From Flavobacteriaceae bacterium UBA7684 (GTDB lineage: Bacteria; Bacteroidota; Bacteroidia; Flavobacteriales; Flavobacteriaceae), in contig DLGW01000019.1 of the NCBI GenBank assembly GCA_002482885.1, positions 6,111 to 70,110 on the forward strand: a stretch of DNA of 64,000 nucleotides, written 5' to 3'. Of this stretch, positions 9,893 through 19,377 are shown piece after piece. The position numbers and the translations under genes were made by a program. Each line of letters begins with the position of its first letter. Position 1 is the first letter of the stretch. The notes beneath the pieces are model-generated. The model was given only the letters and a program-made list of their open reading frames with translations. It did not search any database and was not told the origin of the DNA.

Positions 9893-10249
9893 TTATTTTT
9901 CTAACAAACCATCAGTTTGCCATTTTACAATCAAGTCAATATTACTTTGTGCCATTTTGTTATTTTTAGGCATAACTAATGGGTCAGTAGCCGATCTTGA
10001 TATACGATTTATTAAACCTTTGTTTTGTATGGCATCTTTTACTTCTGCGTAAGTAGTTAATTTTAAACCTGCTTCAGCTAAAGAATTTCCATGACAACTG
10101 ATGCAGTTATTGGTCATTATAGGTTTAATATCCGCATCATAGGTTACGGTTTCTGGGAGTGTAGGAACTTTTAAATCGTCGGGGCTGTCTTTAGAGCAAG
10201 AAATGTTTAGTAAAGAAAGTGTCGACAACAAGTAAAAATATTTTTTCAT
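9893..10249 (-). CDS. Lipoprotein with single CxxCH c-type cytochrome domain
   Basis: Lipobox ISC-SKD; VTYDADIKPI..NCISCHG..VMPK..IVKW. Confidence 0.8.
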   Translation of the reverse strand: MKKYFYLLSTLSLLNISCSKDSPDDLKVPTLPETVTYDADIKPIMTNNCISCHGNSLAEAGLKLTTYAEVKDAIQNKGLINRISRSATDPLVMPKNNKMAQSNIDLIVKWQTDGLLEK

Positions 10250-10342
10250 AATAGTTAGTGGGTTTAAATTTTATTAAAAATAATAATATATTTTTATAAA
10301 TCCTTTTTTTTAAGGGATTTACATTTTCTGAAACTACTTTTT

Positions 10343-10729
10343 ATGAAAAAATATATCATTATAGCGGGGGTGGTGGTGTTAAGTTTGTTTTTTGTTTACA
10401 AATACATCTATCAATCGCATCGTAATATTGCCGAAGAATCTGCCGATTTTACGGTTTCAGTAGCTGCAATACATCAAGAGTTTATGGCAAACGATAGCTT
10501 GGCGTATGCTAAGTATTTAGATAAAACCATCATTGCAAAAGGAAAAGTAACTCAAGTTGATTCATTGGCTAATTTGGTGGTACTGGATGAAAAATTGGTG
10601 GTTTTGTTAAATGCTAAAAGTCAATCTCCATCTGTTTTAAATACATCGGTAACCGTTAAAGGACGTTTTATCGGTTATGATGATTTACTAGACGAGCTTA
10701 AAATCGATCAAGCCACTTTAATTCCTTAA
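10343..10729 (+). CDS. Membrane-anchored OB-fold protein (tRNA_anti-like)
   Basis: N-terminal TM; A.AKYLDKTIIAKGKV..VTVKGRFIGYDDLL. Confidence 0.7.
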   Translation: MKKYIIIAGVVVLSLFFVYKYIYQSHRNIAEESADFTVSVAAIHQEFMANDSLAYAKYLDKTIIAKGKVTQVDSLANLVVLDEKLVVLLNAKSQSPSVLNTSVTVKGRFIGYDDLLDELKIDQATLIP

Positions 10730-10732
10730 CCT

Positions 10733-11512
10733 ATGAAAACAAAACTATTCTATTTGATTCTGGCTTTGCCTATTTTATTGTTGATTTTAACTTCGAGTAG
10801 TGGCGGATACACTTCTGCGGCTTCGGGTTCTCCTGGGGATTTTCAAATCACATGCGCTTCGTGTCATTCTGGAGGTAATTTTTCTGCGGTAGCTGCTATA
10901 ACCACCAATATTCCAACATCGGGTTACCAATTAAACACGATTTATAATGTAACTGTAAGTGTTGCATCATCGTCGTCTAAACATGGATTCCAGCTTACGG
11001 CTGAAAATAATTCAAATGCTAAGGTTGGAACTTTTGTTGCGGGTAGTGATTCTCAAACATTTAATAGTAATAAATCTGTAACCCATCGTTCTGCAGGAAC
11101 CTCTAAAAAATCATGGACGGTTCAATGGACTTCTCCGTCTACCAATCAAGGAGAGGTAACTTTTTACGCTGCGGTAAATGCAACTAATGGCAATAATAAT
11201 TTTAACGGAGACCAAGCGGTAACTACTTTTTCTAAAACGAATTCAGAAATGAATTTAGGAGTGTCCGATTATTTAGCCTCCCAATTTAGTTATGCTCCTA
11301 ATCCCGCTGACGACCAGTTGAATTTTGAAATACCCTTAGGTGTTGAACAAGCCGAAGTGATTTTTTATAATCATTTAGGGCAAAATATGTTCAGTCAGAA
11401 AATAAGTACAAATCAAAAGAGCGTAGATTTAAGTTCTTTGATTTCCGGAGTTTATATGATGAATGTAAAAACCAATCAAGGTACTTTTACGAAATCCATA
11501 GTTGTTAAATAA
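10733..11512 (+). CDS. T9SS type A cargo protein with CxxCH motif and Reeler-like domain
   Basis: Signal peptide, GSPGD..TCASCHSGG, HGFQLTA, WTVQWTSP; CTD YAPNPA..YNHLGQ..SGVYMMNV..IVVK. Confidence 0.8.
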   Translation: MKTKLFYLILALPILLLILTSSSGGYTSAASGSPGDFQITCASCHSGGNFSAVAAITTNIPTSGYQLNTIYNVTVSVASSSSKHGFQLTAENNSNAKVGTFVAGSDSQTFNSNKSVTHRSAGTSKKSWTVQWTSPSTNQGEVTFYAAVNATNGNNNFNGDQAVTTFSKTNSEMNLGVSDYLASQFSYAPNPADDQLNFEIPLGVEQAEVIFYNHLGQNMFSQKISTNQKSVDLSSLISGVYMMNVKTNQGTFTKSIVVK

Positions 11513-11519
11513 TTAAAGT

Positions 11520-12356
11520 ATGAAAAAAATAGTATTGACCTTTTTATTCTTGCCTTTATTCGGTTTAGCACAAGAGGATTTATTAGCAGAAATAGATATA
11601 AAAGATACGAATACCAAAGTGGAGTCGGCTTTTAAATCGATGAAAATCATTAATTTAGAATCCACTAAATTGGCGGCTAAAGGAGATTTTTATTTTGTGG
11701 TATCTCACCGATTTGGTTCTATAAAAGGAGGGGGGTATGAGTTATTTGGCTTAGATCAAGCGTCTACCAACTTTAGATTTTTATATGGAGTAACCGATTG
11801 GCTTACTTTAAGCACCTCTAGAGGTGCTGCTAATAAAACGTATGATTTTACTGCTAAATATCGTTTAGTGCCACAAACTACAGATGCTTCTCCGGTTAAT
11901 GTTTCTGTGTTTAATAGTATTGCTTATAATACTTTTAAAGGAAATTTTGATTTAAATAGCACGCAAAGAGCTTCTTATGTAACCCAAATATTAATTTCTA
12001 GAAAATTTTCAGAGAAATTCTCTTTACAAGTTTCTCCTACCTATTTTCATGAAAATTTTACAGCATTTGATGATCAGTCCAACAGTCAATATGCCTTAGG
12101 AGTAGGAGGGCGTTATAAACTAACTTCCAGATGGTCTTTAAATGCGGATTATGCAAGCCATTTAAACAGAGCTAAGAGTTCCCCGTTTAAAAATCCATTA
12201 TCGGTAGGGGTAGATTTAGAAACCGGTGGACATATATTTCAAATGCATTTTACCAATGCCCGTTCTATGAACGAAACAGGTTTTTTAGGAAACGCAGAGG
12301 GCGATTGGAATACGGGTAATATCTTTTTTGGATTTAATTTGGTTCGGGTATTTTAA
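11520..12356 (+). CDS. DUF5777-like outer-membrane beta-barrel protein
   Basis: Signal peptide; SHRFG..FGLDQA..VDLETGGHIFQMHFTN; C-terminal FGFNLVRVF. Confidence 0.75.
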   Translation: MKKIVLTFLFLPLFGLAQEDLLAEIDIKDTNTKVESAFKSMKIINLESTKLAAKGDFYFVVSHRFGSIKGGGYELFGLDQASTNFRFLYGVTDWLTLSTSRGAANKTYDFTAKYRLVPQTTDASPVNVSVFNSIAYNTFKGNFDLNSTQRASYVTQILISRKFSEKFSLQVSPTYFHENFTAFDDQSNSQYALGVGGRYKLTSRWSLNADYASHLNRAKSSPFKNPLSVGVDLETGGHIFQMHFTNARSMNETGFLGNAEGDWNTGNIFFGFNLVRVF

Positions 12357-13427
12357 TTAAAACCATTTCTTCTTTTTAAAGTAATACACCATTAGTATAC
12401 AAATGATAAACATAACGCCTAACGTAACAAAGTAGGCGTTTTTGTATTTTAATTCAGGCATATTTTCAAAGTTCATTCCGTAAATACCCACAATAAAAGT
12501 AAGGGGAATAAATATAGAAGCCACTATGGTTAAGGTTTTCATGATTTCATTCAACCTATGATTTTGTGCTGAAAAAAAGAAACTAGAAGCACTTTCTAGG
12601 GAATTCATGTCAAATTCAATTTGATCTAAAAGTTCCAAACATTTTTGATGTAGTCTAGAAAAATAACTTCTATTTTGAGAAGAAACCAAATGGTTTTCAT
12701 TTTCTACACTTTTTATAGTAAGTAAGGCATCTTTTAAAGGAATAATAGAACGTTTAATGAAGTTTAAATCTTCACGATGTTTTTCAATTTGTTCTAAAAT
12801 TATTGGAGACGAATTTATTTTTGATTCTAACAATAATTCTTCAATAATATCTTCTTTGGTGTCAATAGTGATAAAAAAGTTTTCCATCACGGCATCTAAC
12901 ATCAGGTATAGTAAATAGTCGGTTTTCTTTTTTCTAATAATCCCCACATTGGTTCGAATTCTTTCACGTATATGGGTGAAAAAATCTCCTTTTCTTTCTT
13001 GAAAAGACAACAATGTGTTTTCTTTTAGAACAAAGCTGATTTGTTCCACTTGTATGTTATCGTGGTTGTTTTTGGTGGGTAATATGGATTTGATACTAAT
13101 GAAAATTAAATCGTCTACCTCATCCAGTAAATTTCTGCGCGAAGTATTAATAATGTCATTTACGATAAAGCTTTCAAGGCTAAAATAATCGCCTATTTGT
13201 TTAATGATGTCGGGTTCATTTAAACCATGTAAATTCAACCAATTATTTTTTTTAAAATCTACATGAGCGGTTAATGACTCAATATCTTTTTTATAAAGAA
13301 ATTCGTCTGCTTGGGTTTCATCGTAAACAAATAATTGTAAATCGGTTTCAATATTTTTATGCAAACCCGAATACTCCACGTGGGTAGGTTGGACTTTTCG
13401 TACTTGATTATATTTGATTTTTTTCAT
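12357..13427 (-). CDS. corA: Magnesium/cobalt transporter CorA
   Basis: GIYGMNF signature, MPEL, two C-terminal TM helices; ATG at 13427 preferred. Confidence 0.95.
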   Translation of the reverse strand: MKKIKYNQVRKVQPTHVEYSGLHKNIETDLQLFVYDETQADEFLYKKDIESLTAHVDFKKNNWLNLHGLNEPDIIKQIGDYFSLESFIVNDIINTSRRNLLDEVDDLIFISIKSILPTKNNHDNIQVEQISFVLKENTLLSFQERKGDFFTHIRERIRTNVGIIRKKKTDYLLYLMLDAVMENFFITIDTKEDIIEELLLESKINSSPIILEQIEKHREDLNFIKRSIIPLKDALLTIKSVENENHLVSSQNRSYFSRLHQKCLELLDQIEFDMNSLESASSFFFSAQNHRLNEIMKTLTIVASIFIPLTFIVGIYGMNFENMPELKYKNAYFVTLGVMFIICILMVYYFKKKKWF

Positions 13428-13498
13428 AGCTGATATAAAAAAAGTCTGATTACACAAAAGGTATAATCAGACTTGTATAAGGTTAGAAAAGGAATGAT

Positions 13499-14431
13499 TT
13501 ATTTTATTTCCAAATCCATTTTGCTAACGAAGTCTCCTTTTAAGAACAACTGAGCAGTATATTTTCCGGGTTCAAATTTCATTAAAGATACATTAACATA
13601 CTCGCATACATCAACCGCTTCATTATCGTATTTAATGACTTTTTCAAAAGTATAAGTTAAAGATTTACCTTCAAAATATACGGTTTCTTTTAATCCCATA
13701 ATGTTGTTTTTAGGATTATTGATTTGTACATAAAAATGCATATCTCCTTTTTTAGCCAATTTGTTTTCGGGTAAAGTAAAACAGATTTTTAATTCTTTAG
13801 TTTTAGTAGCGCGATTGGTAAAAGCTTCTCTTTTGGTTTTAGAAGATAGTCTTTGAGCAACCCCTTGGAATGTTAAATTAAGCGGTTTAACAATAGCTCC
13901 TTTTTCTACAGTTTTAGATAAGGTTTTTACTTGCTCGTCTAAAGTTTTGGTTTTAATTTCAGATTTGCCAAGTTCTACCATGCTACTGTCAACCTTCACT
14001 TTAAGTTTGGTATTCAATGCTTTTAGCATTTCATTTTCGGCAATTAATTGCGAAAGGTTTAATTTTAATTCTTGAGTTTGTGCACGATATTTTCTTAATT
14101 GAGCTAAATCCATTTGCGATTTCTTTAACTCATCCATCATTTTTAATACTTTGTCTCTTTCTAAAGATAGTTCTTCAGAAACATTAACATTGTTAACCAT
14201 GGCGATTTCGTAGTTCTTTTTTAAATCACCTAACTCTTTCATCAATAAAAGTTTTTCACTGACCAATACGTTTTCAGCAGCTTTATTTTTCTGTTGATTC
14301 ACAAAATTATATCCAATGCTTCCCAAAAGAAGTAACAACAAAATAATAATTATTGTACGTTTAGTCCCTCCTTTTTTTTCTTCGGGTTGATTCCCCTCAA
14401 CTGGCTGGGTGTTTTCAGCTGTCTCGCTCAT
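13499..14431 (-). CDS. Single-pass membrane protein with long coiled coil and C-terminal beta domain (hypothetical)
   Basis: TM IIIILLLLLLGSIGY, heptad-rich region, KICFTL..N..A..G..FYVQI. Confidence 0.7.
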   Translation of the reverse strand: MSETAENTQPVEGNQPEEKKGGTKRTIIIILLLLLLGSIGYNFVNQQKNKAAENVLVSEKLLLMKELGDLKKNYEIAMVNNVNVSEELSLERDKVLKMMDELKKSQMDLAQLRKYRAQTQELKLNLSQLIAENEMLKALNTKLKVKVDSSMVELGKSEIKTKTLDEQVKTLSKTVEKGAIVKPLNLTFQGVAQRLSSKTKREAFTNRATKTKELKICFTLPENKLAKKGDMHFYVQINNPKNNIMGLKETVYFEGKSLTYTFEKVIKYDNEAVDVCEYVNVSLMKFEPGKYTAQLFLKGDFVSKMDLEIK

Positions 14432-14550
14432 AGTGTGAAAGTTTTTGTTTAGTGTAAGAGTTGTATGCTTTGAATAATTAAAACTTCACTAAAATAGTGA
14501 TTATTATATAATATTTAACAAAAAGTAAATAAATTTTTTTCCTCCAAAAA

Positions 14551-15024
14551 TTATTGATGATGATAAGGTTCGTTTTTAAGTATGGTAAAGGCTCTATAAA
14601 CCTGTTCAATAAAAAATAATCGAATCATTTGATGTGAAAAAGTCATTTCGGATAAAGATACTTTACCCTGGGCTTTATCATATATTTTTTTAGAAAACCC
14701 ATAAGGCCCACCTATAACGAATGTTAAATTCTTAATTCCAGAATTCATTTTTTTTTGAATAAAATCCGAAAACCCAACGCTTGTATATTGTTTGCCTTTT
14801 TCGTCCAATAAAATTAAACAATCATTAGCGTCTATTTTTTGCTCAATTAAATCGCCTTCTTTTTCTTTTTGTTGTTCTACAGAAAGATTCTTTACGTTTT
14901 TAAGGTCTGGAATAATTTCTAGTTCCAATTTGATGTAATGCTTTAATCGGTTTTGATACAAGCTGATCAGTTGATTCAGTTCAGATTGATCCGTTTTTCC
15001 AATAGCTATTAAACGAATGGTCAT
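14551..15024 (-). CDS. rlmH: 23S rRNA (pseudouridine1915-N3)-methyltransferase
   Basis: LLDEKGK, FVIGGPYGF, SLSEMTFSHQMIRL..EQVYRA..PYHH. Confidence 0.97.
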   Translation of the reverse strand: MTIRLIAIGKTDQSELNQLISLYQNRLKHYIKLELEIIPDLKNVKNLSVEQQKEKEGDLIEQKIDANDCLILLDEKGKQYTSVGFSDFIQKKMNSGIKNLTFVIGGPYGFSKKIYDKAQGKVSLSEMTFSHQMIRLFFIEQVYRAFTILKNEPYHHQ

Positions 15025-15113
15025 AATGGTAAATTAAAGTGGTAAAAATACGAGTAATGATTGGGACTGCCCAATTCGATTTATTAAATTAGCCCTCTGT
15101 AAGTAGATTTATT

Positions 15114-15971
15114 ATGATCAGTAAAGAACAATTTGAAAAAGAAATAGAATTAATCATTACTAACGGTATTCGCGAAGATGTCGGCTCAGGGGATTATAGT
15201 TCTTTGGCATGCATACCCGAATCGGCAAACGGTGGCGCCAAATTATTAGTAAAAGATAACGGAGTGATTGCTGGGGTTGCTTTAGCTGAAAGAATTTTTA
15301 AGCATTTAGATAAAAACATACAGTTTAATCTTTACAAAAGCGATGGCGAAGACGTGGTATACGGAGACGTTGTTTTTGAGGTTTTTGGTAGTTCTCAAAC
15401 CATATTAAAAGGAGAACGATTGGTGTTAAATGCCATGCAACGCATGAGTGCGATTGCTACCAAAACTGCCGAATATGTAAGATTACTTCAGGGTACAGGA
15501 ACCAAAATTTTAGATACCCGAAAAACAACTCCGGGCATTCGCGCTTTAGAAAAATGGGCAGTAGTGATTGGGGGCGGTGAAAATCATCGATTTGCCTTAT
15601 ACGATATGGTGATGTTAAAAGACAATCACATTGATTTTGCAGGCGGATTACACCAAGCTATTGATAAAACCACCAGTTATTTAAAACAGCACGATTTAGA
15701 TTTAAAGATTATAGTAGAAGCCAGGGATTTAAACGAGGTTTCAGAAATTCTAAAACACCACAATATTCATAGAATATTACTAGATAATTTTTCTTTAGAA
15801 GATACCCTAAAAGCCGTTGAAATGGTAGGGAACCAAACCAAAACAGAATCCTCAGGAGGAATCAACGAAGAAAATATGAGGGCGTATGCCGAGTGTGGGG
15901 TCAATTACATTTCATCTGGAGCACTTACCCATTCCATTTATAACCTAGATTTAAGTTTAAAAGCCATTTAA
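15114..15971 (+). CDS. nadC: Nicotinate-nucleotide diphosphorylase (carboxylating)
   Basis: LDTRKTTPG, NHRFALYD, LKDNH, LLDNF, SGALTHS. Confidence 0.97.
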   Translation: MISKEQFEKEIELIITNGIREDVGSGDYSSLACIPESANGGAKLLVKDNGVIAGVALAERIFKHLDKNIQFNLYKSDGEDVVYGDVVFEVFGSSQTILKGERLVLNAMQRMSAIATKTAEYVRLLQGTGTKILDTRKTTPGIRALEKWAVVIGGGENHRFALYDMVMLKDNHIDFAGGLHQAIDKTTSYLKQHDLDLKIIVEARDLNEVSEILKHHNIHRILLDNFSLEDTLKAVEMVGNQTKTESSGGINEENMRAYAECGVNYISSGALTHSIYNLDLSLKAI

Positions 15972-15973
15972 TT

Positions 15974-16909
15974 ATGTCTGTAGAAATTGAATCACAAATT
16001 GAAAAAATACCAATCGCAAATCGATTAATGCGTTTTGCTAAACGCATCAAATTATACGATTTTAGTCTTTATGATTTGTTAGAAATGTATGGACTGGGCA
16101 TTGTAAAAGGCGCTTTTTCTGACCGTGCCAGCTCTATTGCGTTTAGCTTTTTTATGGCGTTATTTCCGTTTGCACTTTTCATCTTAAACTTAATACCCTA
16201 TATTCCTATAGCTGGTTTTCAAGAAGATTTTTTACAATTTGTAGCCGATAATGTGCCTCCTAAAACTTACGATGCGATTGCTGTAATCATTAACGATATT
16301 TTAAATAACAGTTATCAAGGCTTATTATCTTCGGGTTTTTTGTTGTCTATATTTATAATGAGTAATGGATTAAATGCTATTATAGGCGCTTTCCAGTCTT
16401 CATATTACATAACCGAAAGACAAAGTTTTTGGCAGAATTATTTAGTAGCTTTAGTTATGTCGTTGCTGTTGGTTAGTTTGCTTATTGTAACCGTGATTTC
16501 TATTATTCTTTTTGAAGTTTTGATTTACTTTTTAGAAAACCAATGGCACATGGTGCAACATATTCCGTTGTTGCAGTTGTTTCGATTTTTTATTGGTTTT
16601 ATGTTGATTTTATTAGCGACTTCGTTTTTGTATAAATTCAGTTGTAAACAAACCCGTCACATTTCATTCATCAGTTATGGCTCTGTATTAACTGCCGTAC
16701 TCATTGTGGTTTCTTCATTTGTTTTTGGAATATATGTAGAAAAATTTTCTAAGTACAATGAGTTATACGGTTCTATTGGAACTTTGTTGGTTTTGATGTT
16801 TTACATTTGGATCAACTGTACCATTTTGTTGTTAGGATTTGAATTGAATTTATCTATTCAGAAAATCAAAATAAGAAAACCCATTATTGAAGACTTAGCT
16901 CCTAAATAA
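15974..16909 (+). CDS. YihY/virulence factor BrkB family membrane protein
   Basis: ASSIAFSFFMALFP; YNELYGSIGTLLVLMFYIW. Confidence 0.92.
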   Translation: MSVEIESQIEKIPIANRLMRFAKRIKLYDFSLYDLLEMYGLGIVKGAFSDRASSIAFSFFMALFPFALFILNLIPYIPIAGFQEDFLQFVADNVPPKTYDAIAVIINDILNNSYQGLLSSGFLLSIFIMSNGLNAIIGAFQSSYYITERQSFWQNYLVALVMSLLLVSLLIVTVISIILFEVLIYFLENQWHMVQHIPLLQLFRFFIGFMLILLATSFLYKFSCKQTRHISFISYGSVLTAVLIVVSSFVFGIYVEKFSKYNELYGSIGTLLVLMFYIWINCTILLLGFELNLSIQKIKIRKPIIEDLAPK

Positions 16910-16923
16910 TCAGCCCACACAAG

Positions 16924-19377
16924 ATGTATTTTATAGAAGTCATTCTTCCGATTCCCTTGCGCAAAACTTTTACTTATTCCGTTAATTCGTTTGAGTTTGA
17001 AGTTATTGAACCTGGTATTCGTGTGGCAGTTCCTTTCGGGAAAAGTAAAATATATTCAGGCTTGGTGCTTTCCAAACACCATAACGCTCCAGAAGTCTAC
17101 GAGGCTAAAGAAATTCATCAATTATTAGACGAAATCCCTGTAGTTAATCCCAACCAATTGCTTTTTTGGAACTGGGTGGCGCAATATTATATGGTTTCCA
17201 TCGGGGAAGTTTACCGTGCAGCCGTACCCTCTTTTTTTTTGTTAGAAAGCGAAACCATCATCAAAAGTAATTTACAGAATGCTTCGGAAGCGATGACTTT
17301 GGAGTTGAATGACGAGGAATATTTGTTGTTGGACGCTTTGCAAAAACAGTCGGTTTTAAGAATCGAAGAAGCGGTAAAAGTATTGGGTAAGAAAAATATT
17401 TTTCCAGTGATTAAAAAATTGTTGGAAAAAAAATTGATTCAAGTAGAAGAAGAAATTTTTGAAGAATACAAACCCAAAAAACAAAGATATCTTCAACTCA
17501 ATCAGGATTTGTTATCAGAAATCGGTTTGTCTGGAATTTTAGAATTAACAGGACGCGCGCACAAACAAAAAGAAGTATTATTAAAATATTTTCAGTTAAC
17601 CGCACAAAGTACGGAACCCATTTCTGTAAAATATTTAATTGAAAAAGTTCCGACGAATTCAACCGTTTTAAAAAGTCTAATAGATAAAAATATTTTACAA
17701 GAATATTTTTTACAAGAAGACCGAATTGATTATCAAAAGCACCTCTCTTTAGATGCCGAAACGGTTCAAAAAAATAATCAAGAAGCCTTTGTAAATATTC
17801 AAAAAAAGAATCAGCAAACCCCCGTAGTTTTATTTCATCACAATGGTTTGTTGCAAAACATATCTTTATACATACAGTTGATTAACGATTGCTTAGCGCA
17901 ACAAAAACAAGTGTTGTATTTGGTTCCCGAAATTGTAATGGTTCCCGAAATTCTTCAAGCCTTGCAACAAGTTTTTTCAGAAAGGTTAGTGGTTTATCAT
18001 TCCCGATTCAACAATAACGAAAAAGTAGAAATTTGGAATCGTATCTTGCATCAACCGCAAAAAGCTCAATTAATTATAGGTACTCGTTCCTCTATATTTT
18101 TGCCTTTTTCTGATTTAGGATTGGTGATTGTGGAAGATGAACACGATGCGGCGTATAAACAAAATGAACCCGCTCCAAGGTATCACACCCGAGATTGCGC
18201 TATTATGTTAGCCCATCAACACCAAGCCAAAGTAATATTGGCTTCGGCGAGTCCATCTATGGAAAGTTACTACCAAACCCAACAAAATAAATATGGTTTG
18301 GTGGTTCAACGGAGTCCAGAATTATCTTTTTCGGAAGCAGTAACCTTAAGCAATCTGCAAGATTTACACAAACGCAAAAGAATGACGGGGCATTTTGGAG
18401 AGCCTTTAATTGAAGCCGTAAATCAAGCTTTGGAACAAAAGCAGCAAGTCGTGTTGTTTCAGAACCGTAGGGGATTTGCTCCTATTGTAGAATGCGAAAC
18501 TTGTGGACACGTGCCTCAATGTTCCCATTGTAATGTGAGTTTAACTTATCATAAAAGTAAAAATCAATTGAGTTGTCATTATTGTGGTTATGCCATGCCT
18601 AAACCAACGCATTGCCACAGTTGTTCCAGCACAGAAATTAATTTAAAAGGATTAGGAACCGAACAAGTAGAAGCCGAGGCTAAGGAATTATTTCCGCAGG
18701 CTAAAATTGTACGGATGGATCAAGATACTACCCGTGGAAAATTTTCTTTTCAAACCATTATTGAAGATTTCAAGAATAAAGACATCGATATTTTGATTGG
18801 CACGCAAATGATCGCCAAGGGAATTGATTTTTCATCGGTAAGTTTAACAGGGGTTTTGAATGCCGATAATTTATTATATCACCCCGATTTTCGTTCGTTT
18901 GAAAGAACGTATCAAATGCTGAGTCAATTGGTGCAACAAACCCAAACAGGAAATCAAAAAGGTAAAGTCATCATTCAAACTTACCATCCTGCACATCCTA
19001 TCTTACAAAAAGTAGTGAAGCATGATTATCAAGGCATGTATCAAGAACAGTTGGCAGAAAGAAAAGAGTATGTGTATCCGCCTTTTTGTCGTTTGATTAA
19101 AGTGACTTTTAAACATAAAGATTTTGCTAAACTAAAAGAAGCGGCTCAGTGGTTTTATCAAGTATTGATTCAGCAAGTACAAGTACCTGTATATGGACCC
19201 GAAGAACCTTCCATCAATAGAATTCGCAATCAATACATCAGAGTGATTCAAATCAAAATTCCTTTGAATCATCCTTTAACCCAAACAAAAAACAGCTTAC
19301 AAAAAACTATGAATAGTTTTGAAGCTGTTCCTGCCTTTAAGTCGGTATACTGTTCCGTTAATGTAGATTATGTTTAA
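16924..19377 (+). CDS. priA: Replication restart protein PriA with degenerate ATPase motifs
   Basis: N-terminal 3'-binding domain (TFTY..RVAVPFG), PRYHTRD, QNRRGF, four CxxC, GTQMIAKG, PDFRSFER; no GKT Walker A. Confidence 0.93.
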   Translation: MYFIEVILPIPLRKTFTYSVNSFEFEVIEPGIRVAVPFGKSKIYSGLVLSKHHNAPEVYEAKEIHQLLDEIPVVNPNQLLFWNWVAQYYMVSIGEVYRAAVPSFFLLESETIIKSNLQNASEAMTLELNDEEYLLLDALQKQSVLRIEEAVKVLGKKNIFPVIKKLLEKKLIQVEEEIFEEYKPKKQRYLQLNQDLLSEIGLSGILELTGRAHKQKEVLLKYFQLTAQSTEPISVKYLIEKVPTNSTVLKSLIDKNILQEYFLQEDRIDYQKHLSLDAETVQKNNQEAFVNIQKKNQQTPVVLFHHNGLLQNISLYIQLINDCLAQQKQVLYLVPEIVMVPEILQALQQVFSERLVVYHSRFNNNEKVEIWNRILHQPQKAQLIIGTRSSIFLPFSDLGLVIVEDEHDAAYKQNEPAPRYHTRDCAIMLAHQHQAKVILASASPSMESYYQTQQNKYGLVVQRSPELSFSEAVTLSNLQDLHKRKRMTGHFGEPLIEAVNQALEQKQQVVLFQNRRGFAPIVECETCGHVPQCSHCNVSLTYHKSKNQLSCHYCGYAMPKPTHCHSCSSTEINLKGLGTEQVEAEAKELFPQAKIVRMDQDTTRGKFSFQTIIEDFKNKDIDILIGTQMIAKGIDFSSVSLTGVLNADNLLYHPDFRSFERTYQMLSQLVQQTQTGNQKGKVIIQTYHPAHPILQKVVKHDYQGMYQEQLAERKEYVYPPFCRLIKVTFKHKDFAKLKEAAQWFYQVLIQQVQVPVYGPEEPSINRIRNQYIRVIQIKIPLNHPLTQTKNSLQKTMNSFEAVPAFKSVYCSVNVDYV

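Noticed and set aside
12351-12360. Abutting convergent stop codons (TAATTA), and 4-nt convergent overlaps at 19374-19377 and 30960-30963
   Set aside because: Common in compact AT-rich genomes; no further signal.
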